DNA of 64,000 bases from Salisapilia sapeloensis CBS 127946 (Eukaryota > Protista > Oomycota). The stretch lies in assembly GCA_023334545.1 (NCBI GenBank), contig JAADVB010000012.1:1-64000 (forward strand). The letters are read 5' to 3'. This document shows, piece by piece, positions 52,810-63,440 of the stretch; positions within the stretch are counted from its first letter, which is position 1; the number at the start of each line of letters is the position of its first letter. The notes under the pieces are model-generated. The model was given only the letters and a program-made list of their open reading frames with translations, did not search any database and was not told the DNA's origin. A program made the translations under genes and the position numbers.

Positions 52810-54225
52810 CTAGTAGAAACTACATGTGCTCAAGATGTCAAGTCGTCTAATCCATGCAGCCATATAGAGCTGGCGTCGGAACACCAAGTGCTGGAAGAAG
52901 GCATGTGGCAACGGGGTAGCGCCGAGTCCTTGGAGACACACTTCTGGATAGTCCGTCGCGTCATCCATAAGCACTGGAGATTGTGGAGGAGCGATATGAC
53001 TCGGTGCACGATTGTAAATGAGTGAAAGTTCGGTCGCGTCGTAGCCGTTCGGATACGGTTCCAACACTCTCTTTCCTTGGACGTACAAGAGCTCGGCAGA
53101 TGCCCCTTTCACAGGTACGAATTGCGCTGGACTACCACATAACGTATCTGGATGTTCCTCCATGTCACCCTCTGCTTCTGATGAGATAGCCGAAATGCCC
53201 CAGTTCGAAAATTTATAACGTTGACCAGACAGCTCGTAGCTGAGCCAAAGGGCTTCTTGTGAATCGAGAGAGTCATCTGACTCGAAACGAGCTTTGGACA
53301 TCAAGTGCCACAGTACGTCCCACACCACTGGCGCCGGTCGGGATTTGTCGACTACGATCATGGAGCCATCCTGCTGCCGGTCACTCTGACCATCATACAT
53401 GTACGAGTTCAAGTGCTCTTGTGAGTACATTGGCTTTGTCAGACGGAACGATGTGTAGTCGAATGCATCGAAAAAGTGACGAATGAAAGGCGAGTCACTA
53501 GTACGTTTGGCTAATAGTTCGTCCTTGGCAGTCATTTTCGCATGGAAAAATGTACTTCCTGTTTCCTTGTAGGCAGGAAACTGGCGTACGTTGGATGGGT
53601 TACGCAATGGAATGACACTAGGGTCTAGTACAATCACTTCCTTTGCCTTTGTATGATGCAAAGCGAGCGGAACGATCCATCCGTCTTGATACTTGACACT
53701 TTCTTCTTCTGTGAGCTTGTTCTCGTTAACATATTCCTGACAGACATCAACAATTTCGAGATTTGTATCTAAACGTTTAAGAAACTCTTGTGTGTCTTTT
53801 GCTAGCTGACTGGATCGACAATGGTAGATTTGAATAAGCTCGTCATTTCCAATGCATCGCAAGTGGCGGATGAGTGAAATACCGAGGTTGGCGGAGTTTT
53901 CGGACATTGGGATGAGTATACTCTTGTCTCTAGGTGCATTGCCCACTGTTCTGCTTCTTGTCGATGGTATCATATCGCCTTGAATGTCAAATACGGCGGT
54001 CACTAAGGCATCATCGCTCAATTGTCTCGACTTATGCTCTTGCATAGGAGAGAGGTTTGACCCAGAATAGACATATGTGGTGGCAATAGCTGCAAAGTAA
54101 ATGAAGCTTACTATTGCTTTCCAGAGACTGAAATACGGAGATGACGTAGCAACTGGATGATAACGAGGAAGCTCCTCGATGTCACTCGATGAGTCTACTA
54201 CGTTTCGGTCTGTCGCAGTAGCCAT
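52810..54225 (-). CDS. Divergent GT71/MNN-family mannosyltransferase-like protein lacking DxD
   Basis: Type II TM WKAIVSFIYFAAIATTYVY; LIQIYHC, PLALHH, VIVLDPS, GSMIVVDK, QEALWLSYELS, LCGSPAQF parallel the 38589 gene. First ATG at 54225. Confidence 0.85.
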   Translation of the reverse strand: MATATDRNVVDSSSDIEELPRYHPVATSSPYFSLWKAIVSFIYFAAIATTYVYSGSNLSPMQEHKSRQLSDDALVTAVFDIQGDMIPSTRSRTVGNAPRDKSILIPMSENSANLGISLIRHLRCIGNDELIQIYHCRSSQLAKDTQEFLKRLDTNLEIVDVCQEYVNENKLTEEESVKYQDGWIVPLALHHTKAKEVIVLDPSVIPLRNPSNVRQFPAYKETGSTFFHAKMTAKDELLAKRTSDSPFIRHFFDAFDYTSFRLTKPMYSQEHLNSYMYDGQSDRQQDGSMIVVDKSRPAPVVWDVLWHLMSKARFESDDSLDSQEALWLSYELSGQRYKFSNWGISAISSEAEGDMEEHPDTLCGSPAQFVPVKGASAELLYVQGKRVLEPYPNGYDATELSLIYNRAPSHIAPPQSPVLMDDATDYPEVCLQGLGATPLPHAFFQHLVFRRQLYMAAWIRRLDILSTCSFY

Positions 54226-54386
54226 AGCAGGTCGTAACCAATAGAATGCACTGGCGGAACTTCTAATATTAGGGATGTAGGTACGTACTGCCCACCTTGC
54301 ATCAGCCGAGGCCACAGTTCTGGGCGAAGTGGAAGACTTGATCAGGTGTAAGTCGTTCCTAACGTTCAGTTTCGAACAGCGTCCAG

Positions 54387-54496
54387 TATAATTTTTACAA
54401 AGTTTTATAAAACAATTCCGTTTATAAAAGTAAATATTAAGAATATTCTATAATTTATATAAATAAACAAAATATGTTTCATATACTAAGATAAAA
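54387..54496. other. AT-rich island (about 87% AT)
   Basis: Hand count of 14 G/C in 110 nt, against visibly balanced composition in the flanking genes. Confidence 0.8.
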
Positions 54497-55017
54497 CCAG
54501 GGATAATGATGGCACGATTTCATAAAAATGGTAAATGTACAATTTCGATGGGCGAAGCAGTACCTCGCAGTGCTCAAGCTGAGGCACATGCAAAAAGTAT
54601 TGAGTCTTCTCCTATAAACTAGTGTCGAGAACAAGTCGTATTACTGTATCTGAAGTGTTGAGGTGGATCATAATGCAATGGCTGAAGTCACAATGTGCAT
54701 TGAGTGTTATTAGAAGTTGAATGATAATCTAGATGTCAATGAAAATAAGTCTGTACTTGCGTTTGCTAGCTATTCCAAGTAGCGTAACATCGTTTGGGCC
54801 TCTGCTACATTTGTAAAAGTAGTACAATTCTGTCAATCTCGTTCATTAAAGCTATCATCCCTAGTACACTCCAACTGCATATCCACCAGCGCTTCCATCA
54901 ACTCAAGATCTATCTTTAACCATTCATCACTTTATCACTTCAAGGCGATGCGAAATAAACGTCAAAGTGCAGTTACATTCTTCTTTATTCCCTCCCTTTA
55001 AACTACAAGCGGCCTTC

Positions 55018-58000
55018 TTAATGGAATCCATTCAACTGAACCTGCGCACTCGTGTCGGCAACGAGCCATCGATCAAGCGACGCGTATACCTCTTCCAAGC
55101 TAGGTCTTTCCAACGGATGCGGACGGAAGCATCGTTCCATCAGACTTCGATGCGTACGTGGCAACGTCTCTGGGATGCTTACATGTCTGCCTTCTACTAT
55201 CAACGCCGTCGCCTCCCGGGTACTCAACGTCGGGAACGGCGCTTTGCCTGTGAATATCTCGTACATGAGGACACCATACATGTACGCATCAGAGCTCTTG
55301 GAGAAGAGATGTGGAGGTAGGATCGACTCTGGTGCCATCCACTTGAGCGGCCCGAATCCATTTTGCATGTCATCAAACCAAAAGCTAGACGATAGAGGAG
55401 CATGGAGCTTCCGAGCTAGTCCAAAGTCTGCGATCTTAACACGCAAGTTGGCATCCAAAAGACAGTTACGAGCTGCCACATCTCGATGTAACAAGCCACC
55501 TTGATGGACGTTAGCAAGACCATGGGCAGCATCTCGAGCCATGAGTGTCCGTGCAAAGACGCTCGGGTCATAGCTCTTGCTGTTCAAGTGGTCTTGGATA
55601 GTGCCGTTGGGAAGGTACTCTGTGACGATAGACAGATTGGACGACGTGTGTGGATCGTCTGTAAGTCCTACGAGTTCGACTACATGCGGATGTTTGCCGA
55701 GCATGTGCATGACAGCAGCTTCATGTCGCATCTCGGCAACTGCATCCGACGCAGCGTATGCGTCGTGGCGCAAGGTCTTGACGACCACGTCGCGGCCAGT
55801 GGACTGCCACGTCGCCAGCAACGCATCGCCAAAGTGGCCTTGTCCGATTGGACCATGAACGGCCAAGTCATTCGACTGGATCATCGTTACCGTCTCTCTC
55901 ACCTGTTCTACATATATATCTAGGAGACCCATCGAATATGCAGTCTTATCTACGCTACTTGCGTTCAAACGAATGTAAAGTAGAGAGACGTTGGTGCCAG
56001 CAGCGACACGTGCGATGATCACTTCATCTGCATACCTCTTCCCATTCGTACTTGGCTTTCGATAGAAAGCAAATGAGATACCAGTAACATCTCCTTTCCA
56101 ACGAAACCCTTTCGTTTCGTCACCATGGACACCAAAGACATCGTTCGCTTCAATATGGACGGTCACAAGCGTCCCTCGAGTGAGTTGCATGGGAGAAATT
56201 TGTCTACCAGCTTCACTTTCGTTCCACTCGTGCGCTGTCTCGAGCATCTGTGATCGTTGTTGCTTTATGTATGCCCATATATCGATTCGAAATGTGTCTT
56301 GATGGCCGACGTGGGACGGACCAAAGGCACTGAACAGGACGTTATCCGTCTCATCCTGTTCTAGCCATGACGAAAGGTCATCTTCTACTCTATCTGGTTC
56401 TACTCGAGCTGAAGTGTCGACGTGAATGGACCGCCAGATCGCTTTACTCAGTCGTGGATCATGTGCTATCTGTCGTGACGGCACAGAAGCTTTCGAAGTG
56501 ACCTCGAGACTATAGTCCTCATCCTGTAGTGACGTTACACTGTCTGTATCTTCATCAAACACATCGTACTCTGGTTCGCTCTCGTCTACTAGATCGAACT
56601 CGTCGTATGTAGGTGACGTCGTAACCTTTAAAGCATCCTGTGACCTCGCATGCTCCTCTAATTCCGCAGCAATTGACAAGATAGAAGACGTTGACTTTGT
56701 CTCTTTACTTTCATCTGGAAGAACGGACGATCCGAGCGATGGCATGACAAGTGCACCGCGTTTAAGCCAATGAGGAGACCCTGTACCTGTCGCCTGCAAA
56801 AGCTTTCTCGCTGCCATAGACCTTCGACTAGTCTTTTGAGACCGTTGTCGCAGTCCCTCTGGTTCTTCTTCTTCTATCGCAGGTTCCATGGCTGCAGATG
56901 TCTTCCAGCTAGCACTGGATAAGAGTCCGAGAGTTAACAAAGTACCTACTTTTATAATCAAGGAGCTAGAGAAGCGTTGTCTTGCCATTGGATTTACAGC
57001 GACGACGTCTCCGTGCGGTGCAAAGTGTAGGAAATTCACTTTACGTAGCCACTGTCGACGTAGCAACTCGTCTGCAGATGGAGGCGCATCGGATAAACAG
57101 TCGGTGAGTAGTTTCTTACACGTCTCAGATAGATGTCCGAGCTTTCGCTTGATAAAAAGCATGACTTGGCGTAGACTCATCCTACTCGTCTCAACGACAG
57201 CGTGCGTCGGGAGTAGAGCCATGTACAGCATTAGTCTCCCAACGGCACGTACGTCTTCTACCATATTACTCTTGGTAGCTGGTACGAAGGCATATCCGGC
57301 CAAGAGCGCATCTGGACGAACAAGTACTTTTAATTCATTCTGTGCCATGCGCAAGTACTCTTGATGTAAGTTTCCAGCTAAACTCACGCCTTGGGCATGC
57401 AAGTACTGGATCATGGACAAGAGCTGGAAAGATAGAGACTGTAGATGCATTTCGCCTAGTTTGCCATGCCTCATCTGCGTGGACTCTAGCGCCCACTTAT
57501 CCAAGTTCTGCCATGCATCTGCATCATCCTGTACGACGACGTAGCAGGATCCAGCGTCCCATACGGCACGTAGACCTTGGAAGTAGGGTCGATTGGATAT
57601 AATCTCCAAGTGGGAGCAGAGTAACTTGGCACTGGATTCGCTCCCTTTCACAACTTTCGTGAGAATCACAGGCTGGCCGTCGACGCTATCGATGCCATTC
57701 ACATACGATAGAGCGTTCGGCTGTCCAGATTCGCGCATGAGAGCACGACGACCGGTCGAGAATTGATATCGGGCGATCGGGAAGACACCGAATCTCGGCT
57801 CGGAAGTGGACATGGCTGTGGCATGCCGGACGATCTGCTTTTCAACGGCTTCCTGTAGAGCTACCAAGGGCGATCGGGTGTCGCTGTTTAGCACGGATGT
57901 ACTCGATGCGTCGGTAGGAGGCAAGACATACTCACCGTACTGTCCTGCAGACGCATTTAATTGGCCCATGCGAATGGCAGCAAGTTTCTCACCTATTTTG

Positions 58001-58539
58001 CCACGCAAATACTGTTGCTCAGCTCGAATTTCTTGTCCAACATGGCAATGTCTTGCCATCTGAGCTTGCTGAACAAGACGACGGATGCGCAAGAGAGGAA
58101 AACTGGGCATATCGCTATTTACCACCTCTTTCCAACGCTCCACATCTTGATCATGCATGCATTTTTCTTTCGTTTCTTGCCATATTTCCCACTTGGATAC
58201 GTTATCACCACGCTCCGCTTTTAACCGAGCTTGCTCCTCTTTCCATGCCGCTTTGGCCTTCTTCCATTCTGCTTTTCGATCCTTTATTGCTTGCTTCGTG
58301 TCTAATTTTGCTTGCAATATCTGCTCTTGCGTACTTGCTGCCCCGAAGAAAGTGTCAAGCCATCTATCCTTCTCTGATCGATGTCTGCTTTTCGCCTCTT
58401 TGTATGCGCGTTTCTTGGCCTTGTATTGAGCTGCTTTGTCTTCCCATTCAGGATCTAGTTGACTAGGCTGATAACTACTGCGTCTGTCTTTCCATCGGCT
58501 TCGCTCGGCCGCGCGAGGACGATCTCGCTTGTCGTCCAT
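55018..58539 (-). CDS. 1173-aa kinase: N-terminal helical region, degenerate (pseudo)kinase, beta-rich domain, C-terminal tyrosine-kinase-type domain
   Basis: Intronless ORF. C-terminal IGQGHFG, VVVK, HRDVAARN, DFGLAR, GPLKWMAPES, SDAYMYGVLMYEIFT; the upstream kinase-like fold lacks GxGxxG, HRD and DFG. Confidence 0.9.
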   Translation of the reverse strand: MDDKRDRPRAAERSRWKDRRSSYQPSQLDPEWEDKAAQYKAKKRAYKEAKSRHRSEKDRWLDTFFGAASTQEQILQAKLDTKQAIKDRKAEWKKAKAAWKEEQARLKAERGDNVSKWEIWQETKEKCMHDQDVERWKEVVNSDMPSFPLLRIRRLVQQAQMARHCHVGQEIRAEQQYLRGKIGEKLAAIRMGQLNASAGQYGEYVLPPTDASSTSVLNSDTRSPLVALQEAVEKQIVRHATAMSTSEPRFGVFPIARYQFSTGRRALMRESGQPNALSYVNGIDSVDGQPVILTKVVKGSESSAKLLCSHLEIISNRPYFQGLRAVWDAGSCYVVVQDDADAWQNLDKWALESTQMRHGKLGEMHLQSLSFQLLSMIQYLHAQGVSLAGNLHQEYLRMAQNELKVLVRPDALLAGYAFVPATKSNMVEDVRAVGRLMLYMALLPTHAVVETSRMSLRQVMLFIKRKLGHLSETCKKLLTDCLSDAPPSADELLRRQWLRKVNFLHFAPHGDVVAVNPMARQRFSSSLIIKVGTLLTLGLLSSASWKTSAAMEPAIEEEEPEGLRQRSQKTSRRSMAARKLLQATGTGSPHWLKRGALVMPSLGSSVLPDESKETKSTSSILSIAAELEEHARSQDALKVTTSPTYDEFDLVDESEPEYDVFDEDTDSVTSLQDEDYSLEVTSKASVPSRQIAHDPRLSKAIWRSIHVDTSARVEPDRVEDDLSSWLEQDETDNVLFSAFGPSHVGHQDTFRIDIWAYIKQQRSQMLETAHEWNESEAGRQISPMQLTRGTLVTVHIEANDVFGVHGDETKGFRWKGDVTGISFAFYRKPSTNGKRYADEVIIARVAAGTNVSLLYIRLNASSVDKTAYSMGLLDIYVEQVRETVTMIQSNDLAVHGPIGQGHFGDALLATWQSTGRDVVVKTLRHDAYAASDAVAEMRHEAAVMHMLGKHPHVVELVGLTDDPHTSSNLSIVTEYLPNGTIQDHLNSKSYDPSVFARTLMARDAAHGLANVHQGGLLHRDVAARNCLLDANLRVKIADFGLARKLHAPLSSSFWFDDMQNGFGPLKWMAPESILPPHLFSKSSDAYMYGVLMYEIFTGKAPFPTLSTREATALIVEGRHVSIPETLPRTHRSLMERCFRPHPLERPSLEEVYASLDRWLVADTSAQVQLNGFH

Positions 58540-58548
58540 CTAAGCGCA

Positions 58549-58561
58549 AATGAATGAGTGA
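58549..58561 (-). promoter_or_regulatory. Inr-like element upstream of the kinase gene
   Basis: Minus strand reads CACTCATTCATTTG about 10 nt before the ATG. Confidence 0.45.
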
Positions 58562-59195
58562 TCCGTGTGTCCTGCCAAGGATGTCATTCGGGCCAGGAGA
58601 ATGTTGGCGAATCAGATTGGTATGAAAAATTGTAAGACTGGAATCAGATGCGGGCCTGAGCTGGCACCTCTCGAGTGGTGCATTCGCCACTCCATACCTG
58701 TACATGGACCATCTTGGTCATGGAAATGAATGGTCATGTCGACAAGCACAACGTTTGTAGGAATACGAGTAGGATAATGAAGAGCATGTACATATTCAAT
58801 TTGTTCATTGCGTTTATACACTAGACAGCTTCTTGGTATGAATTTCCATTGAAAAATCCGAGCTCTACTCGTCTCTTGTTTCTTCGAATGATACTCCTCC
58901 ATAAGATATTTACTATCCACTACATCCAGCTCCAATGAAGAATAACCATGAGACTGGATTTTTCTTATCTACTAGAGCGCTCGAAGCCGTTTCGAGTACT
59001 AGCTCATCTGCCTGCAGATGCTCCAGATAGGTTCATATCGTAAAACATGCTTCATCTCACTTGATTTGAGTACTGCATGTCACATCAATATTCTAGACAT
59101 ACTCGTCCCTCTACAATAACGAGCATTACCTGATCCTCACCAGAGCCCCCTCTACATTCGCCCATCGCGACTCTGGACAAAGACGATATACGACC

Positions 59196-61519
59196 ATGAA
59201 AGCACTTCGAGCTGCTGTATCCGGGTCTCGAGTTCGGTACATGCAGAACGGGTATGACCTCGACTTGACGTACATCACACCCAAGCTCATCGCCATGGGC
59301 TATCCCGCCTCGGGTGTCGAAAAGACTTATCGGAACGACATTAACGAGGTACGCTGCACCTATTAGTCTCATGTAGCTATGTTACCTGACGTCGTCACAG
59401 GTAGCAGCTTTCCTAAACTCAGAGCATCCAGAAACGTACCGAGTGTTTAACCTGAGCGAACGGTATGTGCATGTATGCCACAGTCTAGTGACCATAACAT
59501 GACCTCCTCTACACTAGGCAATACGACTATTCGAAGTTCGACGAGCGAGTGGTCGAATGTGGCTTTCCAGACCACCACCCGCCTCCATTACGCAGTCTCA
59601 TGGACATTATGAATGCCATGGTCGAGTGGACGAATCGCAGTGAAAAGCACGTTGTCGTCGTCCATTGTCTCGCTGGTAAAGGTCGCACGGGTGTCATATG
59701 CTCTTGCTATCTCCTTCTCACAGGCCATTATGGCAACATCTTTAAGATACGAGAAAAGCAGGAACTACGAGAGATTGTGAATAAAGCGATTCATGATTTC
59801 TGGAACACGAGAGGCCAAGGCGTTCGGTTCCCAAGCCAAGCTCGATACATCTACTATTTCGTCCGGACGTTGCGTCGATTGAGAGAGATGCCAGCTAAGC
59901 TACCGCCACCGAAACCAGCTAAGAAGATCATGCTCCGACGTATCATTATGAACGGAATCCCGGACTTTGAAGGCGGATGCACACCTTTCCTGCAGGTTCT
60001 ACCGGCTCCAGCACAGCACGAGACGCCAGACCTCTTGTATAACAGTGCGTGGGACGCTGCAGGATTCCAGACGCATGCAGCTGACGACCATGGCAGCGTC
60101 ACGTTCGAGACGAGCTGTGAGATACAAGGCGATACGCTCGTCCGGTGCTTTCACGCGAACACGACGTCAATCATGGGTAAACACGTAGCCCTGATGTTCC
60201 ACTTTACGTTTAATACGGACTTTACCCACCTCTTCCGGAAGAGCTCGTCCTTATATCGACTACCGAAGAAAGAGGTGGATGAAGCGAATCGTAGTTCTCG
60301 TTTTCCATCTAGTTTTGAAATCGTTTGTGTCTTGGAACGTGTCGAGCAAGAGAGTAGTGGCGACAGCACGGATCTAGAACTACCAGACACGGAGGCCGAG
60401 AGCAGCTTTGCCAGTAAAGACGATAGTGGCGACTCGTTTGCACAAAAGTCCAAGTCGTTGGAGAAACATGCGTCCGAGCCAGTGATGGTAGGCAATGGGA
60501 CCCCGATGATGGGGTGGCTGTACAAGCAAGGAGGGATCGTCAAGTCCTGGAAACGTCGGTGGTTCATCGCGCGGGACGGGCGACTAAAATACTTCCACGA
60601 TGCGTCAGACCCGACGCCTATTCGAGCACTGGATCTACGGAACTATACAGTCCATGCGTGTGAACCGATGGAAGTGAGCTATCGGAACAAGTCGTTGAAC
60701 TACTTTAAGCTCGTACCGACTGGTCGAGACGCGCGTGTGTTCTACCTCGGGACGCCGGACGAGCATGAGATGGCCAAATGGATCTCGAATCTCGGTCGAC
60801 AGTCCGGATACTCGTTGACTGCGAATCAGAACGTGGCGAATGCACCACGTCCGCCGCCAGCAGCACTAGCGAGTACCTTTGCGTATCCAGATCGACGGTC
60901 AGTCGATGACACGAGTATGCAGAAAGAGAAGCACAAGCAGCGACGAGGAGAGCTTCGGCGGATGATGTCGGAGCAACCAGATACGAATGGTCATGATAAT
61001 GATTCGTATGGAAATATGCAAAAGTGGAATCGTAATCGGAAGGATGATAAAAGTGATGTGTCGTTGCAACGGCCATCGGTGAAAGATTCGATGATTGACG
61101 AGGAGGAGGAGGATGACACGTTCCCGCCGCTGAATGATCGGGATGCCTTCACACCTTCGACGCCTATGTCCATGGGTCTATCTGCGCAAGACCGGGCAAC
61201 TGTTTTGCACGAAGTGGAGCAGTTCCAAGGAGGTATTTACATCTACAGCAAGGATGAACTGCAGGAGGCAGCTCGCCTGCAACAGTATTTGCGTGAACGT
61301 CGCAGTCGATTCAAAGGCACGCAGATCGAAGAGTTGCGACGTATGGTTGAGAAACGGCATTTGAGTGACGCGGAGCAGTTTTTAATGCAGACGGTGTTGC
61401 ATGAATTCCCGCGACTGGTGGATGCGATGGAGTATGACCCGATCGCGTTCACGGAAATGATTGCAGGCGCAGACATTAAGACGGATGCACACGCAAGTAG
61501 CAACGGTGTGTCCTTTTGA
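59196..61519 (+). CDS. PTEN-family phosphatase with C2 and PH domains (3 exons)
   Basis: ATG 59196: GYDLDLTYITPKLIAMGYPA, YRNDINE|V, FNLSER, FPDHHPP, HCLAGKGRTG, PSQARYIYY; C2 IQGDTLVRCFH..MFHFTFNT; PH WLYKQGGIVKSWKRRWF. Confidence 0.92.
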
Positions 61520-62531
61520 AATTGCTGGACGTCCATCAAAAGTACAATTTCGGATTTGTCGAAACGAACGAAAGATATGAATTTTGTCGTTTATATGGGT
61601 TGAGTTGGATGTCAGGACGGTGGATGGTGTCGATTAGTAGATAAAGATGCACGAGTCTCTTGGAAGTACTATTGAACGACGGTTGATTGAGTGAGTGGTA
61701 ACACATCAAACGATGCAGACAAGGGGTCTGAAGGATGTTTGCAGCAGGAAACAAACGAATAAATCTTTCTTTTTACTATGTCAATGCGATACTCAGAAGC
61801 AATCCATTGACTACCAGATCAGTACCCTTTAACAGCTTGCTCCGATTTCTTAAAGAGTTTAAAATATCCCAATGTAAGCATGAAAGTCATGACAAAGGAT
61901 AGGTTCAATACGGTTGTTTAAAGTGTGTAGACTGGCGTTGGATGCCACAATTAATGGCGTGGAGCGCTTGACTTCATTGATTGGTATTGGTTTACAAAGC
62001 AGCATCGAATGTTGAAGTTGTCATGTCCCGGGTCACTTCCCTCGAATTAAACAGTGCGAGTAGGATGCTCTAGTCGTCGCGTCGGCTATTGAGAAACTTC
62101 GACTGAGATAAAAGCGTGAAGCAGAGTAGAAAGATCACATGCAAGATTACTACAATATTGGTCATCAATGAAAAGTAGGTTGTCTCCGCGCTGAAGACCA
62201 ATTCGGCATGAACGGGAATTCACATTTTGCAATTTTATTCATCGTATTCGAATGAGGCAATTCTGCGCTCGCTGAGAATAGCCCATCTTGCTTTGCTACT
62301 TGCCATTGGAAACCCAACGTGCCACTTCAATAGAACGTTTCCTCACTATATCGAATACATATGTGAGTGTTCTGTACTGCGAATGAAGATGCGAATTCAT
62401 ATTCTTGGTTTATCTCTGTCTTGGTGTTTGATGCAATCAGAAGAAAACGATCTTCGAGAAGACTTCAAGGCACGCCTGATGCTCGAAATGTGCAAATTTG
62501 AAAAAAAACGCGGGAAAGACTTGGTGAGCTC

Positions 62532-62681
62532 TTCGCTTTACTTGCGCTATTGAGCTCTTCGCTACTATTTCGGAACAGGCATAGTACAGTGATAGGTAAA
62601 ATAATTAGAAGATATTTTCGATTTGCACTGTACTCCGTCCCAGTGAATTGGCGAAGAGCTCAATCGCGCAAGTAAATCGAA
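62532..62681. repeat. ~150-bp imperfect inverted repeat (fold-back)
   Basis: 62532-62562 pairs with 62651-62681 at 29/31 positions; an inner 9-bp stem AGTACAGTG (62583-62591) pairs with CACTGTACT (62626-62634). Confidence 0.85.
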
Positions 62682-63023
62682 TGTAACTTCAACCTGAAGG
62701 ACCGACGATCAAACACGATGCACTCGACGTTACTCGCCGCTAAAGACTTGGCATTGATTTCTATTACGGTGTTTGCATGTTTGTTCACATAGTGCCCAAT
62801 GCTCCTTCCTAAATACCCGATTATCCGCTCAACAGACACGATCTCGATTGTTTTAAAAGATATCATAAAACAAATTTGTATTATCGATCATTTCCCTGGT
62901 ATCGCGAGAGTATGAGAAGTGGTGGAAATATATTGTGTATAACTTTTGCGGAATATATCTTCTTCCAAACGTATCCGACTGACTCGATCCAACAGTACTA
63001 AAGACGAAGAAACTCCCTGGAAG

Positions 63024-63440
63024 ATGAGTATGCGTCTCATGCCTATTTATGTTGCGCTACTGGTCATGTGAACCTTCGCCTTTGCCTATCCGGACGATGT
63101 TACCGAATATGCTGGATTTGGCGCTTCAGAAATACTGGAGAATATACTGTGACTCTATGTGTCGGTTGTGGTGTTCTCTTTGGCACCCACCTTGTCAGAG
63201 CAAGTGACGATGGTAAGGATTCTGCTGTTGATGGTAGTGCCTTTCTTGGCGCTGTATCTTTATCCCTATGAGGTGTTATCAATCGACTTGATCGACTTGA
63301 ATACTCAGAAGGATATATGGCATCTCAGAGCAACTGCTTCGTTCATGCGGTTTCAAGCACTTGCACATTTCACAAACAGTGCAAATGAATTAGAAGAGAA
63401 TGATAGCAGGTATGCACTATCTCATTTTCTGACCTATTAA
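63024..63440 (+). pseudogene. Possible degenerate secreted-protein gene(s)
   Basis: One frame reads MSMRLMPIYVALLVM*TFAFAYPDD...ENIL*LYVSVVVF...MVRILLLMVVPFLALYLYPYEVLS...HLRATAS...ELEENDSR, with two in-frame TGA codons. Confidence 0.25.

Noticed and set aside
58612-58935. 107-aa minus-strand ORF between the kinase and PTEN
   Set aside because: TTG start, no homology motif and no convincing splice path; probably promoter or UTR sequence.
63024-63152. Two in-frame TGA codons suggesting TGA=Trp/Sec recoding
   Set aside because: TGA is the terminal stop of several bona fide genes here (CDK 12497, PTEN 61519, 8529, 4214), and I saw no SECIS-like element.
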